Shown here: one piece after another, positions 49,729 through 61,548 of the stretch
How positions within the stretch are numbered: the first letter of the stretch is position 1
How the letters are laid out: each line of letters starts with the position of its first letter
Source: Spirochaetia bacterium
GTDB lineage: Bacteria > Spirochaetota > Spirochaetia > DSM-16054 > Sediminispirochaetaceae
NCBI GenBank assembly: GCA_034520965.1
Contig: JAXHMY010000001.1
Location: 672,001-736,000, forward strand
Length of the DNA stretch: 64,000 nucleotides
Direction: 5' to 3'
Made by a program: the position numbers and the translations under genes
Notes under the pieces: generated by a model
Told to the model about the DNA's origin: nothing
Databases searched by the model: none
The model's input: only the letters and a program-made list of their open reading frames with translations

Positions 49729-51472
49729 GACATGTTCCGGTAAATCACATCAAACTCCGGATGTACCCTCTCAAAGGCTTCCATTACATCAGTCCCAAAC
49801 CGCTCCGCACCGGCAGTTCCACTGCGATCGTCCGTACGTATAAGGGCTGCCGTCTCTGCATGACCTTTGGCAGGCTTGTACTGCCGGCGTGAACGCAGGG
49901 CGTCATAATTGTCGGCCAATGAGACAATCCGCGCCACCAGAGGAATTTCCTCGCCCCGGGCCGGTCTGAAGGCTGCATAATAGTCGGTCTCTTTGCTGGA
50001 TAACTCCGCCAGGCTTCCATCGCTTTGGATGATATCGGGATATCCGGCTCCATTCCACTGCTGATGATGATACAGTGCTATTTCAAAGGCCATAGATAAA
50101 CGCGGCTCCGGTTCAGAGCAGCAGCCCATCATTCTTTCAATGATTTGTGCACCAAAGATGGTATGCATCTGCATCTCCCGTCGCTCATCAGGGGTAAAAG
50201 TGCGCTCAAGTTTAATCAGGTGGGGTATGGCAACCTTCCCGATGTCGTGCATGGCAGCAACCTGGCCAATTTGGTGCTGCTCTTGATGTGTCAGTCCCAG
50301 CTCTTTGGCCAGGAGCTCGGAATAGCGATTTACCCGCAAAATATGCTCCCCGGTAATTTCATCGCTGTATTCGGCTGCGGCGCATAAGCCGGTCACCGAC
50401 TGCATAAATTTTCTTTCATTTTGGTTGGCAAGCCCAATAAGGGAGCTTACCGAACGGGCGCTATTGGCCAAAACTTCCATGGCAAGGACATCTCCGGATC
50501 CAATCGAACGATCCAGATTGAAGGCGATGATGGACACTTCAGCTTCATGGTAATTGATAAAATTCTCGATAGGAGCTCCGATAAACTCCGTCACCTGTGG
50601 ATCAAAGGGATACTGTTGTTGAAATTCCACATCACTCTGTTCAATGCTCTTTTCGGCATATGTGATGCGTCCCTCCTTACGCGAGAGCCAGATAGGCGCC
50701 TTAGAGTCGGGGGACACCACCACTTTCTCGGAACTCACTAGCCCCCCGTCCTGTAATTTGTACACATTACCCGTAAGACTATCGTCTTCTGAGAACTTGG
50801 CAATAAACACCGCAGAATAGCCAAGTTCCAGGATAAGTCCTGATAGCTTTTGAAAGCTGGTATCCTGTTCAATGAGTGAGGGTAATTCCACCATGATTTG
50901 ATTACTAAACTCGCGTATCTTCGCCAACTTGTTGTCTAATTCTTGACGCTGGGTTATATCTTCGAACCAGACCAAAAGGCACTCATCATCCGGGTTCTGC
51001 CCAACCTTCACCTTATACCAGCGATCAAACTTAGGGAATAACTCTCCACCTCAATATTTCCGTTGGATCGAGTTCGAGTAGCCGAATTTATCCGACTATG
51101 CGCTTCAGTATCAATAATCTGTTCAATATGGGTAATACCGCGTTTTTTGAACTCCTCTTTGGTACGACCGGCAGACAGCAATATTTTTCCATCCCGACCC
51201 ATCACAAAGGCAGGATCATTTCGGCGGGCAGGAAGAGAAAGAAGCATTTGAGAAAAACGGTTCTGATACTTTACATACGCCTTCGAGAGGGCCTGCACAA
51301 AAATCGGGACAATGTAGGGTACCGGAGAGGAAAGGATAGAGGCCCCCTGCAGCAGCTGGATCAGCACGCCGATGCCGGCGGCTATAATATAGTTAGCCGG
51401 CAGCATAAACTCTTTTCCCAAAAAAGCCGGATAGCTGCCGAAACGTACAGTTTTTCGATTGTACAAACTCAC
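49725..51472 (-). CDS. Membrane-anchored HD-GYP phosphodiesterase, frameshift near 51030
   Basis: TGEHILRV, MHDIGK, HHQQWNGAGYP, IPLVARIVSLADNYDALRSRRQYK; TM-containing N-terminal fragment 51472-51008. Confidence 0.82.
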
Positions 51473-52515
51473 TCCATGTAGCCCTTTTGCGGGAAGAGGT
51501 CGTATTGCTTCAGAAGTTCGGCTAATGTATCCAGCATATCTGCAGGGATTCGGTTGCCGGAATGGGTCAGAGGGGCCGAAGCCTTTTGGTACTCCGCAGC
51601 ATAGGCCATTATGTGGTCCACCGCCTTATTTGCATTTGCAAAGGGATTGCCGAAGGAAAGGGTTGCCACCGTTGAAAAGGCGGTCTTTACCACGGTGGAT
51701 AAGGTATCCGATACCCGTCGGGCCTCTTCTTCCGCTTTAGCAGCCTCAGCTGAATAGGCCCCACCGGCCCCCCGGCTTGCAGCCAATGAGCTTAATTCGA
51801 TTATCGAGGAGAGTTGCGGGGCAAAGCAGTTGGCGGTGCTCAACAAAAAGCCGTGATATGGCCCTCCGAAACCCTGCAGCCAGCGGGCATAGTTACCCTC
51901 TGCACCCCGTACCAGGAACAGGTCGTCCGGCAGCTGGCCGGATAGGGCCACCTTATCCTCGCCGCTGGTATCTTTGAAAAGATAAAAATTGGGATACTTT
52001 TTAGCCAGTTCAACCGCAGTCGACGGTTCAATCTCGTTTTCGGTTACCTGGGGCAGCTGATAGAGAGAGGTCGGGACTCCCTGCTCCAGCACTTCCGATA
52101 AATCGCTGTGTATCTCCTGCTGGGACAGGCTGCTGCCGTGGGGAGCGGTAACCGTTACCCCGGTGTAGGCGGGGGTCGTATCTATCGTATAACGCCGGCC
52201 AATAGCCTTTACTGATTCGGCTGCTTTCCCGCGTCCGGTCTCTAACACACCTATTAACAAATGACCATTTATTTCTTCCGCCATTGGCAACAGCAGCTCA
52301 ACCAGCTCAAATCGCTCCTCCGAGCTCATCTCCCACCCGTCACCGGTAGAGCCCGGGGCGAGGTAAGCCTGAACATATGGGGAAATATGGTCAATATGGG
52401 CGGCGGTTCGCTCGGAATTAAATTTGCCCGAATCGGCATAATGAGATATTAAGGGGCACCATAATGTAGGAATTCCCTGTGGAAATACACGTGTAAAATA
52501 ATCTTTTCTTCGCAT
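51469..52515 (-). CDS. Dihydrodipicolinate synthase (DapA/NAL) family protein
   Basis: PGSTGDG, LYQLPQVT, FKDTSG with the Schiff-base Lys. Confidence 0.8.
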   Translation of the reverse strand: MRRKDYFTRVFPQGIPTLWCPLISHYADSGKFNSERTAAHIDHISPYVQAYLAPGSTGDGWEMSSEERFELVELLLPMAEEINGHLLIGVLETGRGKAAESVKAIGRRYTIDTTPAYTGVTVTAPHGSSLSQQEIHSDLSEVLEQGVPTSLYQLPQVTENEIEPSTAVELAKKYPNFYLFKDTSGEDKVALSGQLPDDLFLVRGAEGNYARWLQGFGGPYHGFLLSTANCFAPQLSSIIELSSLAASRGAGGAYSAEAAKAEEEARRVSDTLSTVVKTAFSTVATLSFGNPFANANKAVDHIMAYAAEYQKASAPLTHSGNRIPADMLDTLAELLKQYDLFPQKGYME

Positions 52516-52613
52516 TCATCGCCTCCGCCGGAAATGTTGTCTAGAAGTATAGTAGAAGAGAACTGAAGAACAAACAAGTTTACAGTTCTAATAAAGTTTT
52601 TTATAATAGGAAT

Positions 52614-53786
52614 ATGCAATATCGACCATTTGGAAAGCTTAACTGGCGGGCTTCGGCCCTCGGATTCGGGGCTATGCGCATGCCCACTGTGGATAATGAC
52701 CCGGCTCACATTGATGAAGAGCCTGCGCGTGAGATGATACGGACCGCCATAGACCAAGGGGTAAACTATGTGGATACCGCTTTTCCCTACCACCGTGAGG
52801 CGGGAGAAGCGTTTGTAGGAAGAGCTCTGCAGGACGGATACCGTCAAAAGGTGAAGCTGGCCACAAAACTCCCTATTTGGAAGGTAGAGCAGCAGTCGGA
52901 TTTTTTCCGTTTTCTCGATATCCAACTGCAACGACTGGATACCGAGCATATCGATTTTTACCTCATTCACGCATTGGACGCAGAGCGCTGGGAGAAGTCC
53001 AAGCGCCTTAAAATAATGGAGGCCGCCGAAAGGGCTCAGGCTGAAGGACTAATCGGGCACATCGGATTTTCTTTCCACGATGAATATCCGGTTTTTGAAC
53101 AGATTCTAGACGAATACGGGGGCTGGGAATTTTGCCAGATTCAGTACAATTTTATGGATACCGAGTACCAAGCCGGGCGCAGGGGGCTGCGTGAAGCCTC
53201 TGCACGCGGACTGGCTGTGATTGTGATGGAACCCTTAAAGGGCGGGCAAATTGCCGCCGAACCTCCCCAGACGGTAAAGCCGGTACTGGAACAGCTGGGT
53301 GCCGAAAGACGCACAAACGGTCATGTAGATTTGGCCTTAAAGTGGGTATGGGACCAGCCGGAGGTATCCCTGGTTCTCAGCGGTATGAGCAGTATGGAAC
53401 AGGTACAGCAGAACCTGGCGAGTGCGAATGAATCGGCAGCCCGTGCTTTTTCCACCGAAACCCACATTCTGTTTGAACAGATGCGCGAAATGTACAACTC
53501 ACTGCGCAAAGTAAACTGTACCGGCTGCGGTTATTGTATGCCCTGCCCCAGCGGTGTAAATATTCCCCGGATCCTGCGTTTGTACAATGATCTGTACATG
53601 TATGACGACCAGCAGCAGCCGCGGAAGGTGTACAACTACATACTGGATGCCGAAGAGAGGGCCGACCGGTGCACCGAGTGTGGAGTCTGCGAGAAGGCCT
53701 GTCCCCAGCACATCTCAATCATTGAGTCGCTGAAAGACGCACATGCACTGCTCAGCGGTTCTAAGCCGGCAGAGGAAAGCCGGTAA
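52614..53786 (+). CDS. Aldo/keto reductase with C-terminal 4Fe-4S dicluster
   Basis: LGFGAMRMP, NYVDTA..YH, IGFSFH, QIQYN, CTGCGYCMPCP, CTECGVCEKACP. Confidence 0.92.
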   Translation: MQYRPFGKLNWRASALGFGAMRMPTVDNDPAHIDEEPAREMIRTAIDQGVNYVDTAFPYHREAGEAFVGRALQDGYRQKVKLATKLPIWKVEQQSDFFRFLDIQLQRLDTEHIDFYLIHALDAERWEKSKRLKIMEAAERAQAEGLIGHIGFSFHDEYPVFEQILDEYGGWEFCQIQYNFMDTEYQAGRRGLREASARGLAVIVMEPLKGGQIAAEPPQTVKPVLEQLGAERRTNGHVDLALKWVWDQPEVSLVLSGMSSMEQVQQNLASANESAARAFSTETHILFEQMREMYNSLRKVNCTGCGYCMPCPSGVNIPRILRLYNDLYMYDDQQQPRKVYNYILDAEERADRCTECGVCEKACPQHISIIESLKDAHALLSGSKPAEESR

Positions 53787-53810
53787 AATTTTTAAAAGGG
53801 AATAGTGACT

Positions 53811-54032
53811 ATGAAGAAAGATTGTTCACAAGAGAAAAACGCTCAAAACTGCAATTGTACGTATCCCTGCAGCCGAAAAGGTTTGTGCTGCGAGTGCATC
53901 ACCTACCACCGCCGCATGGCCCAGCTTCCGGCCTGTTATTTTCCGGACGATATCGAAGCAGGATACGACCGCTCGGTCGAGAACTTTATGCGGGTGCTGC
54001 AGGAGAGGGGCCCCGCCTTCCTGCGGGCTTAA
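53811..54032 (+). CDS. Small Cys-rich protein (DUF6485-like)
   Basis: [20 protein letters not shown]...LPACYF...YDRS. Confidence 0.8.
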   Translation: MKKDCSQEKNAQNCNCTYPCSRKGLCCECITYHRRMAQLPACYFPDDIEAGYDRSVENFMRVLQERGPAFLRA

Positions 54033-54033
54033 A

Positions 54034-54881
54034 GTGCCGGAATTACCGGAAGTCCAAACAGTTGTCGATGACCTTCGAGCCGCCGGGGTAGAGGAGATAC
54101 GATCCACTCGGTACACATTACCTGGGAGAGAACCGTACGGCCCCTCTCGGCCCCACAGTTTGTCAAAGAGGTGAGCGGAGAGCGAATAGAATCGATCGGT
54201 CGCCGGGGCAAATACATTATCTTCGAGTTGGAACACGGGGCTTATCTGCTGACTCACCTTAGAATGACCGGTCAATATCAGCTTAGTCCGCCGGAGAAGG
54301 AAGCCGACCCGCACGTAAGAGTAGAATTTAAATTAGATCAGGAACGTCGACTTCGCTTTCACGATACCCGTAAATTCGGCCAAATTATTTTTACCCGTTG
54401 TCCCGGAGAGATACTGGATAAGCTTGGCCCGGACCCATTTGATCCGAAACTTACTCCGGACAAATTTGCCTCAGCAGTGCATAAGCACTCACGTCAAATC
54501 AAAGCTCTCCTGCTGGACCAGAGCTTTCTGGCCGGACTGGGAAATATCTACTGCGATGAGGCGCTGTTTGCCGCCGGAGTTCATCCCCTGGAAAACAGCC
54601 GCCTGATTGAACCCCGCAAAGCCGAAGCGCTGCTGCTGCAGATACGTACTGTCCTGCGGCAGGGGCTTAGAAACCGGGGTACTTCCCTGGGGGAGGGTGA
54701 GACTAATTATATATCAGGCGGGAAAAGAGGTGAAAACCGCGAAGCTCTGAGGGTGTACGGTTTGAAGGGCCGGCCCTGTCCCCGCTGCGGAACTCCGATA
54801 GAAAAAATCTATGTAGCCCAGCGGGGAAGCTACTTCTGTCCCCGCTGTCAATCCCGTACTCAGGAATCAAGTTCAAAGTAA
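54034..54881 (+). CDS. mutM: Formamidopyrimidine-DNA glycosylase, frameshift near 54092
   Basis: GTG-PELPEVQTV at 54034; RRGKY, HLRMTG, DTRKFG, GLGNIY, C-terminal CPRC...CPRCQ zinc finger. Confidence 0.93.
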
Positions 54882-55726
54882 GTACGTCGGTCCCGTATAA
54901 ACTCTCGCAAATCTGTAGGAGCTACTCCGAAAATTCCAGAGAGATTCTCATTTTGGTCGGTCCCCTTCCCGGCTTTCACCGCCCTGTAGATGAGCGACAT
55001 CACTAGGACAAACCCAAGGGGCTCACCCTTTTTAAGCCGATACAGCATAAACGTAAGCAGCCCCGGCTTTTCATAACTAATGGTTCTGCCAAGTTCCTCA
55101 GAAAGTATCCGTGCCACATCATAATAGGAGTAATTTTCCTCTCCGGTAAGCTCGTAAGCGCTGTTATAATGCTGGGCATTTCCAATACAGCGGGCGGCTG
55201 CCTGGGCTATATCATCTACAGCTATGAAATTGGTTTCTCCCTCACCAGCCGGAACCAACAGACGGGATTCATAACGGATTTCCTCGCGATGGGCTGTTAT
55301 GAGATTTTCCATAAAGAAACTCGGTTGTAAAAAGGTATAGGGTATACCGCTTTTCTTTATGTAATGCTCGATTTTATAATGGGGTGTATAAGGCCTCTTC
55401 TCCACACCCTGTAGTGAAAGAAAAAGTATGTGCTGAACATTTTTACGCCGGCAGATATCTATAAAAGGAAAGATTTTCGACTTTACCTTTGTAATCGCAG
55501 GCGGACGCACCAGTACCACCGCTTCTATACCTTCCAAAGCAGATTCGTAGGTACCGGCGTCATCGAAGTCAAAGCGGCGGACTCTGATTTCCGGGTCTTC
55601 AATCAAAAAATTGACTCGTTCAGGATTCCGAGCACCCGCATAGACCTCTAAATCTGATCGGCCTCCAAGAGCCTTGTATACAGCATATCCAAAATTACCG
55701 GTAATTCCGGTGATTAATAAATTCAT
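54860..55726 (-). CDS. NmrA-like NAD(P)-binding oxidoreductase
   Basis: ITGITGNFG, H.KIE, YTFLQPSFFMEN, IAVDDIA, YELTG. Confidence 0.88.
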   Translation of the reverse strand: MNLLITGITGNFGYAVYKALGGRSDLEVYAGARNPERVNFLIEDPEIRVRRFDFDDAGTYESALEGIEAVVLVRPPAITKVKSKIFPFIDICRRKNVQHILFLSLQGVEKRPYTPHYKIEHYIKKSGIPYTFLQPSFFMENLITAHREEIRYESRLLVPAGEGETNFIAVDDIAQAAARCIGNAQHYNSAYELTGEENYSYYDVARILSEELGRTISYEKPGLLTFMLYRLKKGEPLGFVLVMSLIYRAVKAGKGTDQNENLSGIFGVAPTDLREFIRDRRTYFELDS

Positions 55727-55817
55727 AATGCGATTCCCCCACTCAAGGAGATCATATAATCACAGCAATAAAAAGATCAAGTAGGTCCAGCACATCAAAA
55801 AAGTGCTTGTCCACTTT

Positions 55818-57086
55818 TTATATTTTTCCAATATCCCTTCGATAATAACGCCCTTCAAAGTAGATGTTCTCTAATGCGGCATACGCCTGACGACAGGCTG
55901 AGGTTAAATCTCTATCCACTCCGGTAACCGATAACACCCGTCCTCCACTGGTACAAAGCCGACCGGCACCATTTTCTGTATCTATTTCCTGAGCACCGGC
56001 AATAAAAATTGAAGCGGCTATCGGGAGGTCTATTTGAATCGGCATTCCACTTTTATATTCTCCGGGGTACCCACCGGAGGCAACCACCACACTGCAGGCG
56101 GACCCGTCATAACAGCTCAGTGGAGTTTCACTAAGCTGTCCCAGGGCAAGATCATACAGAAGCTGAGCTAAGTCTTTATTTAAAAGAGGAATGATGGCCT
56201 GTGTCTCCGGGTCGCCGAAGCGCACATTATACTCGAGCAGATACACATCTTCCTCCGTCATCATCAGACCGAAATAGAGAACTCCACGGTAATCAAGGTT
56301 TTCGCTCTTCAGTCCTTTAATAGTTGGGTTTAGAATCGATTCTTCGAACCTGCGCCGATGCGTGTCAGTGTAAAACGGATTGGGAGCGATTGCCCCCATT
56401 CCGCCGGTATTTAGACCGGTATCCTGTTCACCAATGCGCTTATAATCCATAGCGGAAATAAGCGGCAGCACCTGGTTTCCATCCAGCAATACAATAACCG
56501 AAACTTCACGCCCCTGGATAAAGTTCTCGAACAGTACGGTGTGGCCGCTCTCTCCAAGCACCTCATCTATGAATAAAGCATGAAGCTGCGCTTGGGCTTC
56601 GGCCTTCGTTTTATGAATCGTAACTCCCTTGCCGGCGGCTAATCCATCAGCCTTTACTACAACCGGGTATTTTATGGTCTCGAGATACTGAAGCGCCTCT
56701 TGAAACTCACTTTTATGAAAGCGGCGATAGTCGGCAGTTTTAACCCCGTACCGCATCATAAAGTCCTTGGCAAAGGCTTTACTTCCCTCTAAGGCTGCGG
56801 CAGCCTTCCCGGGACCAACGGTCGGTATGCCGGCCTCTCGCAGTATGTCCGCCATACCCATGACCAGGGGCCCCTCAGGACCTATCACGGCTAAATCTAC
56901 CTCATTGTCCACCGCCAGCTGCACCTGCTCTTGAAGCGAAGCAAGGGGATAATTTTTGCACTTAGGAGTACCGGCGGTGCCTCCGTTTCCGGGTGTACAG
57001 AGAATCTTTTCAACCCGCGGGCTTTGCGCAAGCTTCCAGCACAGCGCATGTTCGCGCCCTCCCTCGCCGACAACCATTATCCTCAT
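55818..57086 (-). CDS. purD: Phosphoribosylamine-glycine ligase
   Basis: GGREHAL, LEGSKAFAK, VVKADGLAAGKGV, NTGGMGA, EYNVRFGDPE. Confidence 0.97.
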   Translation of the reverse strand: MRIMVVGEGGREHALCWKLAQSPRVEKILCTPGNGGTAGTPKCKNYPLASLQEQVQLAVDNEVDLAVIGPEGPLVMGMADILREAGIPTVGPGKAAAALEGSKAFAKDFMMRYGVKTADYRRFHKSEFQEALQYLETIKYPVVVKADGLAAGKGVTIHKTKAEAQAQLHALFIDEVLGESGHTVLFENFIQGREVSVIVLLDGNQVLPLISAMDYKRIGEQDTGLNTGGMGAIAPNPFYTDTHRRRFEESILNPTIKGLKSENLDYRGVLYFGLMMTEEDVYLLEYNVRFGDPETQAIIPLLNKDLAQLLYDLALGQLSETPLSCYDGSACSVVVASGGYPGEYKSGMPIQIDLPIAASIFIAGAQEIDTENGAGRLCTSGGRVLSVTGVDRDLTSACRQAYAALENIYFEGRYYRRDIGKI

Positions 57087-57698
57087 AGACAATCTCCTTC
57101 CTCAACTCTACTCCAAGAAGCGGCTGCTTGTGTAAGTGCAGCTGCCAACGCAGGACCTTCAATCTGTCCCACTTTATGCTGCAGGCTCTCCGCAGTTTCA
57201 TCCGGTGTCAGGGAAACTTTACGCTGCAGAATTATGGGTCCGCTGTCGATGCCCCGAGTTACCCAGTGAACCGTGCAGCCGCTCTCCTGCTCTTTCGCGG
57301 CGACCACTGCCCGATGTACATGCATACCATACATACCCTTCCCCCCAAATTTGGGCAACAAGGCCGGATGTATATTCAAGATTCGCCCCTCGTATTCTTT
57401 TTAATATACTCCCATCTAGAATAGATAAAAAGCCCGCTAATACAATCAAATCCGCCCGGGGCCAAAGAAAGTTGAGAAGCCGGTCGGAAAAGGTATCTGG
57501 ATCCTTAAAACGATCTATACAGAGGGTCGGCACCTCAACTGCCCAGTCGCTTGTCAGTCCGGGGGCATGGGGTCTGTCGGCCACTACACAGCTTATATCC
57601 ATCTGAGTCTCCTGTCTCTCCTGTGTCTCTCGGGCCGCCTCTAACAGCGGAGGAACAAGACTTCCCCTTCCGGATATACACACTGCTACTCGAAGCAT
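57083..57698 (-). CDS. purN: Phosphoribosylglycinamide formyltransferase, frameshift near 57390
   Basis: ISGRGS, DLIVLAGFL, NIHPALLPKFGG.GMYG, SGCTVH.V...IDSGPII. Confidence 0.9.
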
Positions 57699-58717
57699 AG
57701 CCCCTCCTGTCGACTTACCCTGCCGATTACACCGGCGGTAATGCCTTCAGCCTCCACGCTTCGGACCACCCTCTCGCTCTGCTCAGGCGCCGCCGCAAGT
57801 ACAAAACCGATGCCCATATTAAAGGTATGGTACATCTCCTCCGGATCAACCCCCAGCTGCTCAAGAAAGTCAAAGACCGGAGGCACCTCCCAGCTTCCCC
57901 GGCGAATGCAGGCACCAAGGGGAGTTGCAGAGCTGCCCCACATACGCGGGACATTTTCATATAAGCCTCCGCCGGTAATATGTGCCATACCGTGCAGCAA
58001 ACCCGCCTGAACCAAGGGCAGCACTGCTCCCGTATAAATACGGGTAGGCGTCAGCAGCTCTTCGATAAGGGGGCGGCCGTGAAAGTCCATCTCTAAATCA
58101 ATCTCATGGGCGCTGAGCAGGGCCCGTACCAGGGAAAATCCGTTGCTGTGCAGCCCCGACGAGGCGAGCCCGATCAGCAAATCCCCCTCTTGAACCCGCG
58201 AACCATCGATCAGCTCGGTGCGTTCGACAATTCCAACCGAAAAACCGGCAATATCAAAGTCACCGCGGCGGTAGGTACCCGGCATCTGAGCAGTCTCGCC
58301 TCCAACTAATGCACAGCCGGCCCGGCGACAGCCTTCGGCCACCCCCTCTACTATCTCGGAGAGTTTCTCGGAGGCAAGATCCGCATAGGCCAGATAATCC
58401 AGGAAAAAGAGGGGCTGCGCACCGTGACATACAATGTCGTTTACACACATGGCCACGCAATCAATGCCCACATTCTTAAAACCCTGCGCCTTTATCGCTA
58501 AATGCAGTTTCGTGCCGACCCCGTCGGTGCCGGACACTAACACGGGGTTCCGGTAATCTCCCAGCTGATACAGGGCTCCGAAGCCTCCGAGTCCTCCGAG
58601 CACTCCCCCCTTTGTGCCCATGCCGCCGGTATTATAGGTGGAGGAGGAATACCCGCGAATCTTCTCGACCAAATCGCGTCCCTTTTGCGCATCCACTCCC
58701 GCATCACTGTATTTCAT
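57686..58717 (-). CDS. purM: AIR synthetase
   Basis: YSDAGVD, GTDGVGTKL, DCVAMCVND, GGETA, SSGLHSNGFSL, HITGGG, TFNMG. Confidence 0.97.
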   Translation of the reverse strand: MKYSDAGVDAQKGRDLVEKIRGYSSSTYNTGGMGTKGGVLGGLGGFGALYQLGDYRNPVLVSGTDGVGTKLHLAIKAQGFKNVGIDCVAMCVNDIVCHGAQPLFFLDYLAYADLASEKLSEIVEGVAEGCRRAGCALVGGETAQMPGTYRRGDFDIAGFSVGIVERTELIDGSRVQEGDLLIGLASSGLHSNGFSLVRALLSAHEIDLEMDFHGRPLIEELLTPTRIYTGAVLPLVQAGLLHGMAHITGGGLYENVPRMWGSSATPLGACIRRGSWEVPPVFDFLEQLGVDPEEMYHTFNMGIGFVLAAAPEQSERVVRSVEAEGITAGVIGRVSRQEGLCFE

Positions 58718-60293
58718 TATGCACCGCCTCTGTTCCATTCATAGATCCATTTCCATTCATAGATCCATTTCCATTCATAGATCCATTTCCATTCATCGAT
58801 CCATAGGGGGAACCAATCGGTGCACCCACCGGGTACACCCCTGCGAAACAACCGGTACAGAATGAATCCTGACCGCCTAGTGCCGCAGCAAGCCCCTCCC
58901 CGGATAAAAAGGCAAGTGAATCGGCTCCGATATATAAGCGAACCCGCTCTTCATCATGATAGCTGGAGATAAGCTCCTCGCGATAGGGTGTATCGATACC
59001 GAAGTAGCAGGGATAAGCTACAGGAGGGGAGGCAATCCGTACATGCACCTCCGCCGCTCCGACCTCTCTGAGCCGGGCGATCAGCATTTGCATAGTAGTA
59101 CCGCGTACAATCGAGTCGTCTATCAATACCACTCGCTTCCCCCGGACCGCGCCGGTAAGCGGATTTAGTTTTACCCGGACCGTCCGCCGTCGATCATCGC
59201 TGTTGGGTTGGATAAAGGAGCGGCCGGCGTAACGATTTTTTATCAGTGCGATCCCATAGGGAACTCCCGACTCCTCGGAAAAGCCAATCGCCGCGGGAAT
59301 CCCCGAATCCGGGACCGCCGCTACAAAGTCGGCCCTTACCGGTGCCTCCCGGGCCAGCAGTATTCCCGACTTCCGTCGCATCTCATAGACCGATTTTCCA
59401 TCTACCACCGAATCGGGCCTGGCAAAGTAGATGTACTCGAAGGAGCACGTCTGGGTGCGGGTCTTTTCACTGCCCCGCAATGAGTGCAGCCCCTCGGGGT
59501 TTATAACCACAATTTCCCCCGGATCAACATCCCGCAAGAACTCAGCACCCACCGCGTCTAAAGCACAGCTCTCAGAGGCCAGCAGGTATCCGTCTTCCAG
59601 GGTTCCAATGCACAGGGGGCGAATTCCGTTTCGGTCCCGGGCGCCGATAATGGTGTCACTTGTCATCACAATCAAGGCAAAGGAGCCTTGAATCGCCTGG
59701 GTGGCATCCCATACCGCTTCAGCCACTCCTTTCTTTACGGACGTACGGGCAACCAGGTTCAGAATAATCTCTGAATCACTCTCGGTACGAAACACGTTGC
59801 CCGACTCCTCCAACAGCTCGCGAATAATGTCTACATTAGTCAGGTTCCCATTATGAACTACCGAAAGGGGCCCCTGTTTGCTGTGTCCGCTTAAGGGCTG
59901 AGCGTTCACTAAAGTACTGTTACCGGCGGTGGAATAGCGGGTATGGCCAATCCCAATGCTCCCGTCCAGCGTCTCCAGCTTTGCTGAGGAGAAGACCTCT
60001 GAAACCAAGCCCATCCCCTTCTCTAATTTAAAGCTCGATGCCGGCCGGGTCAGACCGTTCGTTGCAATTCCGGCGCTCTCTTGGCCCCGGTGCTGCAGGG
60101 CCAGCAGTCCATAGTAGAGGAGGCGGCCTATCAAAGGCCGCTCCCGCTTTTTCCCATGCTCCTGCTGCACTTCCTGCTGCACCTCCTGCTGCTCTTTCTG
60201 CTCCTCGTCAGCGCTTGTGGGCGGAAACCAGGCGCCGCAGACGCCGCACTCCTCATGGAGCTTGTCATCGTGCAGGACGTTGTCAATCCGCAT
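58704..60293 (-). CDS. purF: Amidophosphoribosyltransferase
   Basis: Propeptide ending LHEE then [48 protein letters not shown]. Confidence 0.97.
   Translation of the reverse strand: MRIDNVLHDDKLHEECGVCGAWFPPTSADEEQKEQQEVQQEVQQEHGKKRERPLIGRLLYYGLLALQHRGQESAGIATNGLTRPASSFKLEKGMGLVSEVFSSAKLETLDGSIGIGHTRYSTAGNSTLVNAQPLSGHSKQGPLSVVHNGNLTNVDIIRELLEESGNVFRTESDSEIILNLVARTSVKKGVAEAVWDATQAIQGSFALIVMTSDTIIGARDRNGIRPLCIGTLEDGYLLASESCALDAVGAEFLRDVDPGEIVVINPEGLHSLRGSEKTRTQTCSFEYIYFARPDSVVDGKSVYEMRRKSGILLAREAPVRADFVAAVPDSGIPAAIGFSEESGVPYGIALIKNRYAGRSFIQPNSDDRRRTVRVKLNPLTGAVRGKRVVLIDDSIVRGTTMQMLIARLREVGAAEVHVRIASPPVAYPCYFGIDTPYREELISSYHDEERVRLYIGADSLAFLSGEGLAAALGGQDSFCTGCFAGVYPVGAPIGSPYGSMNGNGSMNGNGSMNGNGSMNGTEAVHNEIQ
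58733..58804. repeat. 18-bp tandem repeat x4 encoding (GSMNGN)n at the PurF C-terminus
   Basis: ttccattcatagatccat x3 plus one copy with 1 mismatch. Confidence 0.95.
60160..60195. repeat. 12-bp tandem repeat x3 encoding QQEV in the PurF N-terminal region
   Basis: tcctgctgcacN units. Confidence 0.8.
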
Positions 60294-61035
60294 AGGAAGC
60301 CTTCTCCAGCCGTCCGAGGATCTCGTGGTACGCATCTTCCACCTTGCCCAGATCACGTCGAAAGCGGTCTTTATCCAGCTTCTCGCCGGTTACTGAATCC
60401 CAGAAGCGGCAGGTGTCCGGAGATATTTCATCGGCCAGCACTATTTCTTCAGCGGCAGCGGCGCTGGAAGCGGCGGCCCAGCCGAACTCGAGCTTAAAGT
60501 CTATCAGCCGGATCCCCTGGGCAAGGAAAAAGGGCGTCAGAACCCCGTTAATCTGTTTGGCGTACCTGTATATTACTTCGAGGTCCTCCCACGAAGCCAG
60601 ACCAAGGGCTACCGCATGGTAATCGTTCATGGGCGGATCGCCCAGGTCGTCATTTTTATAGGTCAGCTCGTAGACCGGCTCGCTTAGCTCGGTTCCCTCG
60701 GCGACCCCAAAGCGCTTGGCCATACTGCCGGCGGTTACGTTGCGGATAATCACCTCAAGGGGGATGATCCTGGTTTTCCGGCAAAGCTGGTCCCGGGGGC
60801 CGGTTTTCTCGATAAAATGGGTTTTCACCCCCTCCCGCTCGAGCAGCTGAAAGATCATCGCCGAAATAGAGTTGTTCATCTCTCCCTTTCCGCTGATACT
60901 GCCCTTCTTTTCGCCGTTAAAGGCCGTCGCATCGTCCTTGTAGTGCATCAGCACCCGCTGCTCATCCTCGACGGCAAACAACTGTTTGGCCTTGCCCTCG
61001 TATAACATCTCTCCTAACGTTTCTCCCTGTTTCAT
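60283..61035 (-). CDS. purC: SAICAR synthetase
   Basis: [52 protein letters not shown]. Confidence 0.97.
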   Translation of the reverse strand: MKQGETLGEMLYEGKAKQLFAVEDEQRVLMHYKDDATAFNGEKKGSISGKGEMNNSISAMIFQLLEREGVKTHFIEKTGPRDQLCRKTRIIPLEVIIRNVTAGSMAKRFGVAEGTELSEPVYELTYKNDDLGDPPMNDYHAVALGLASWEDLEVIYRYAKQINGVLTPFFLAQGIRLIDFKLEFGWAAASSAAAAEEIVLADEISPDTCRFWDSVTGEKLDKDRFRRDLGKVEDAYHEILGRLEKASYAD

Positions 61036-61538
61036 TCAAATACCTCCCGGTTTTGTGGTTCCTTTAGTAGTGCCGCCGCCCGTTCCCGGCGCAGCCGCTG
61101 CAGTTTTTCCTCTAATTCTCCAGTGCCCTCAGGCTGACCTTCCGACTGCCCAGCCGCCAGCATCTGCACCGCAAGCAGCCCGGCGTTGTAACTGTTATTC
61201 ACTCCCACCGTGGCCACCGGCACTCCCTTCGGCATCTGCACTATCGACAACAGAGCATCCAGGCCGTCAAAGGCGGCCCTGATCGGCACTCCGATCACCG
61301 GCTTTACCGTGTGCGAGGCAATCACCCCCGGCAGATGCGCCGCCAGCCCCGCCCCGGCGATAAACACCCCGCTACCGCCCTGCACCTGCCCCTCGACATA
61401 GGCCTTCAACTCTTCGGGCATCCGGTGGGCCGACAAAATCCGCGCCTCCCACTCCACCCCGCAGACATCCAGCGCCTCGGCGGCCCCCTTCATAACCCGG
61501 GCATCCGAAGAACTTCCCAAGACAATCGTCACATGCAT
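61032..61538 (-). CDS. purE: N5-CAIR mutase / AIR carboxylase
   Basis: [41 protein letters not shown]. Confidence 0.97.
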   Translation of the reverse strand: MHVTIVLGSSSDARVMKGAAEALDVCGVEWEARILSAHRMPEELKAYVEGQVQGGSGVFIAGAGLAAHLPGVIASHTVKPVIGVPIRAAFDGLDALLSIVQMPKGVPVATVGVNNSYNAGLLAVQMLAAGQSEGQPEGTGELEEKLQRLRRERAAALLKEPQNREVFE

Positions 61539-61548
61539 CCTTCACCTC

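Noticed and set aside
58733..58804. Tandem repeat as a CRISPR array
   Set aside because: 18-bp head-to-tail units with no spacers, in frame within purF, and no cas genes in the window
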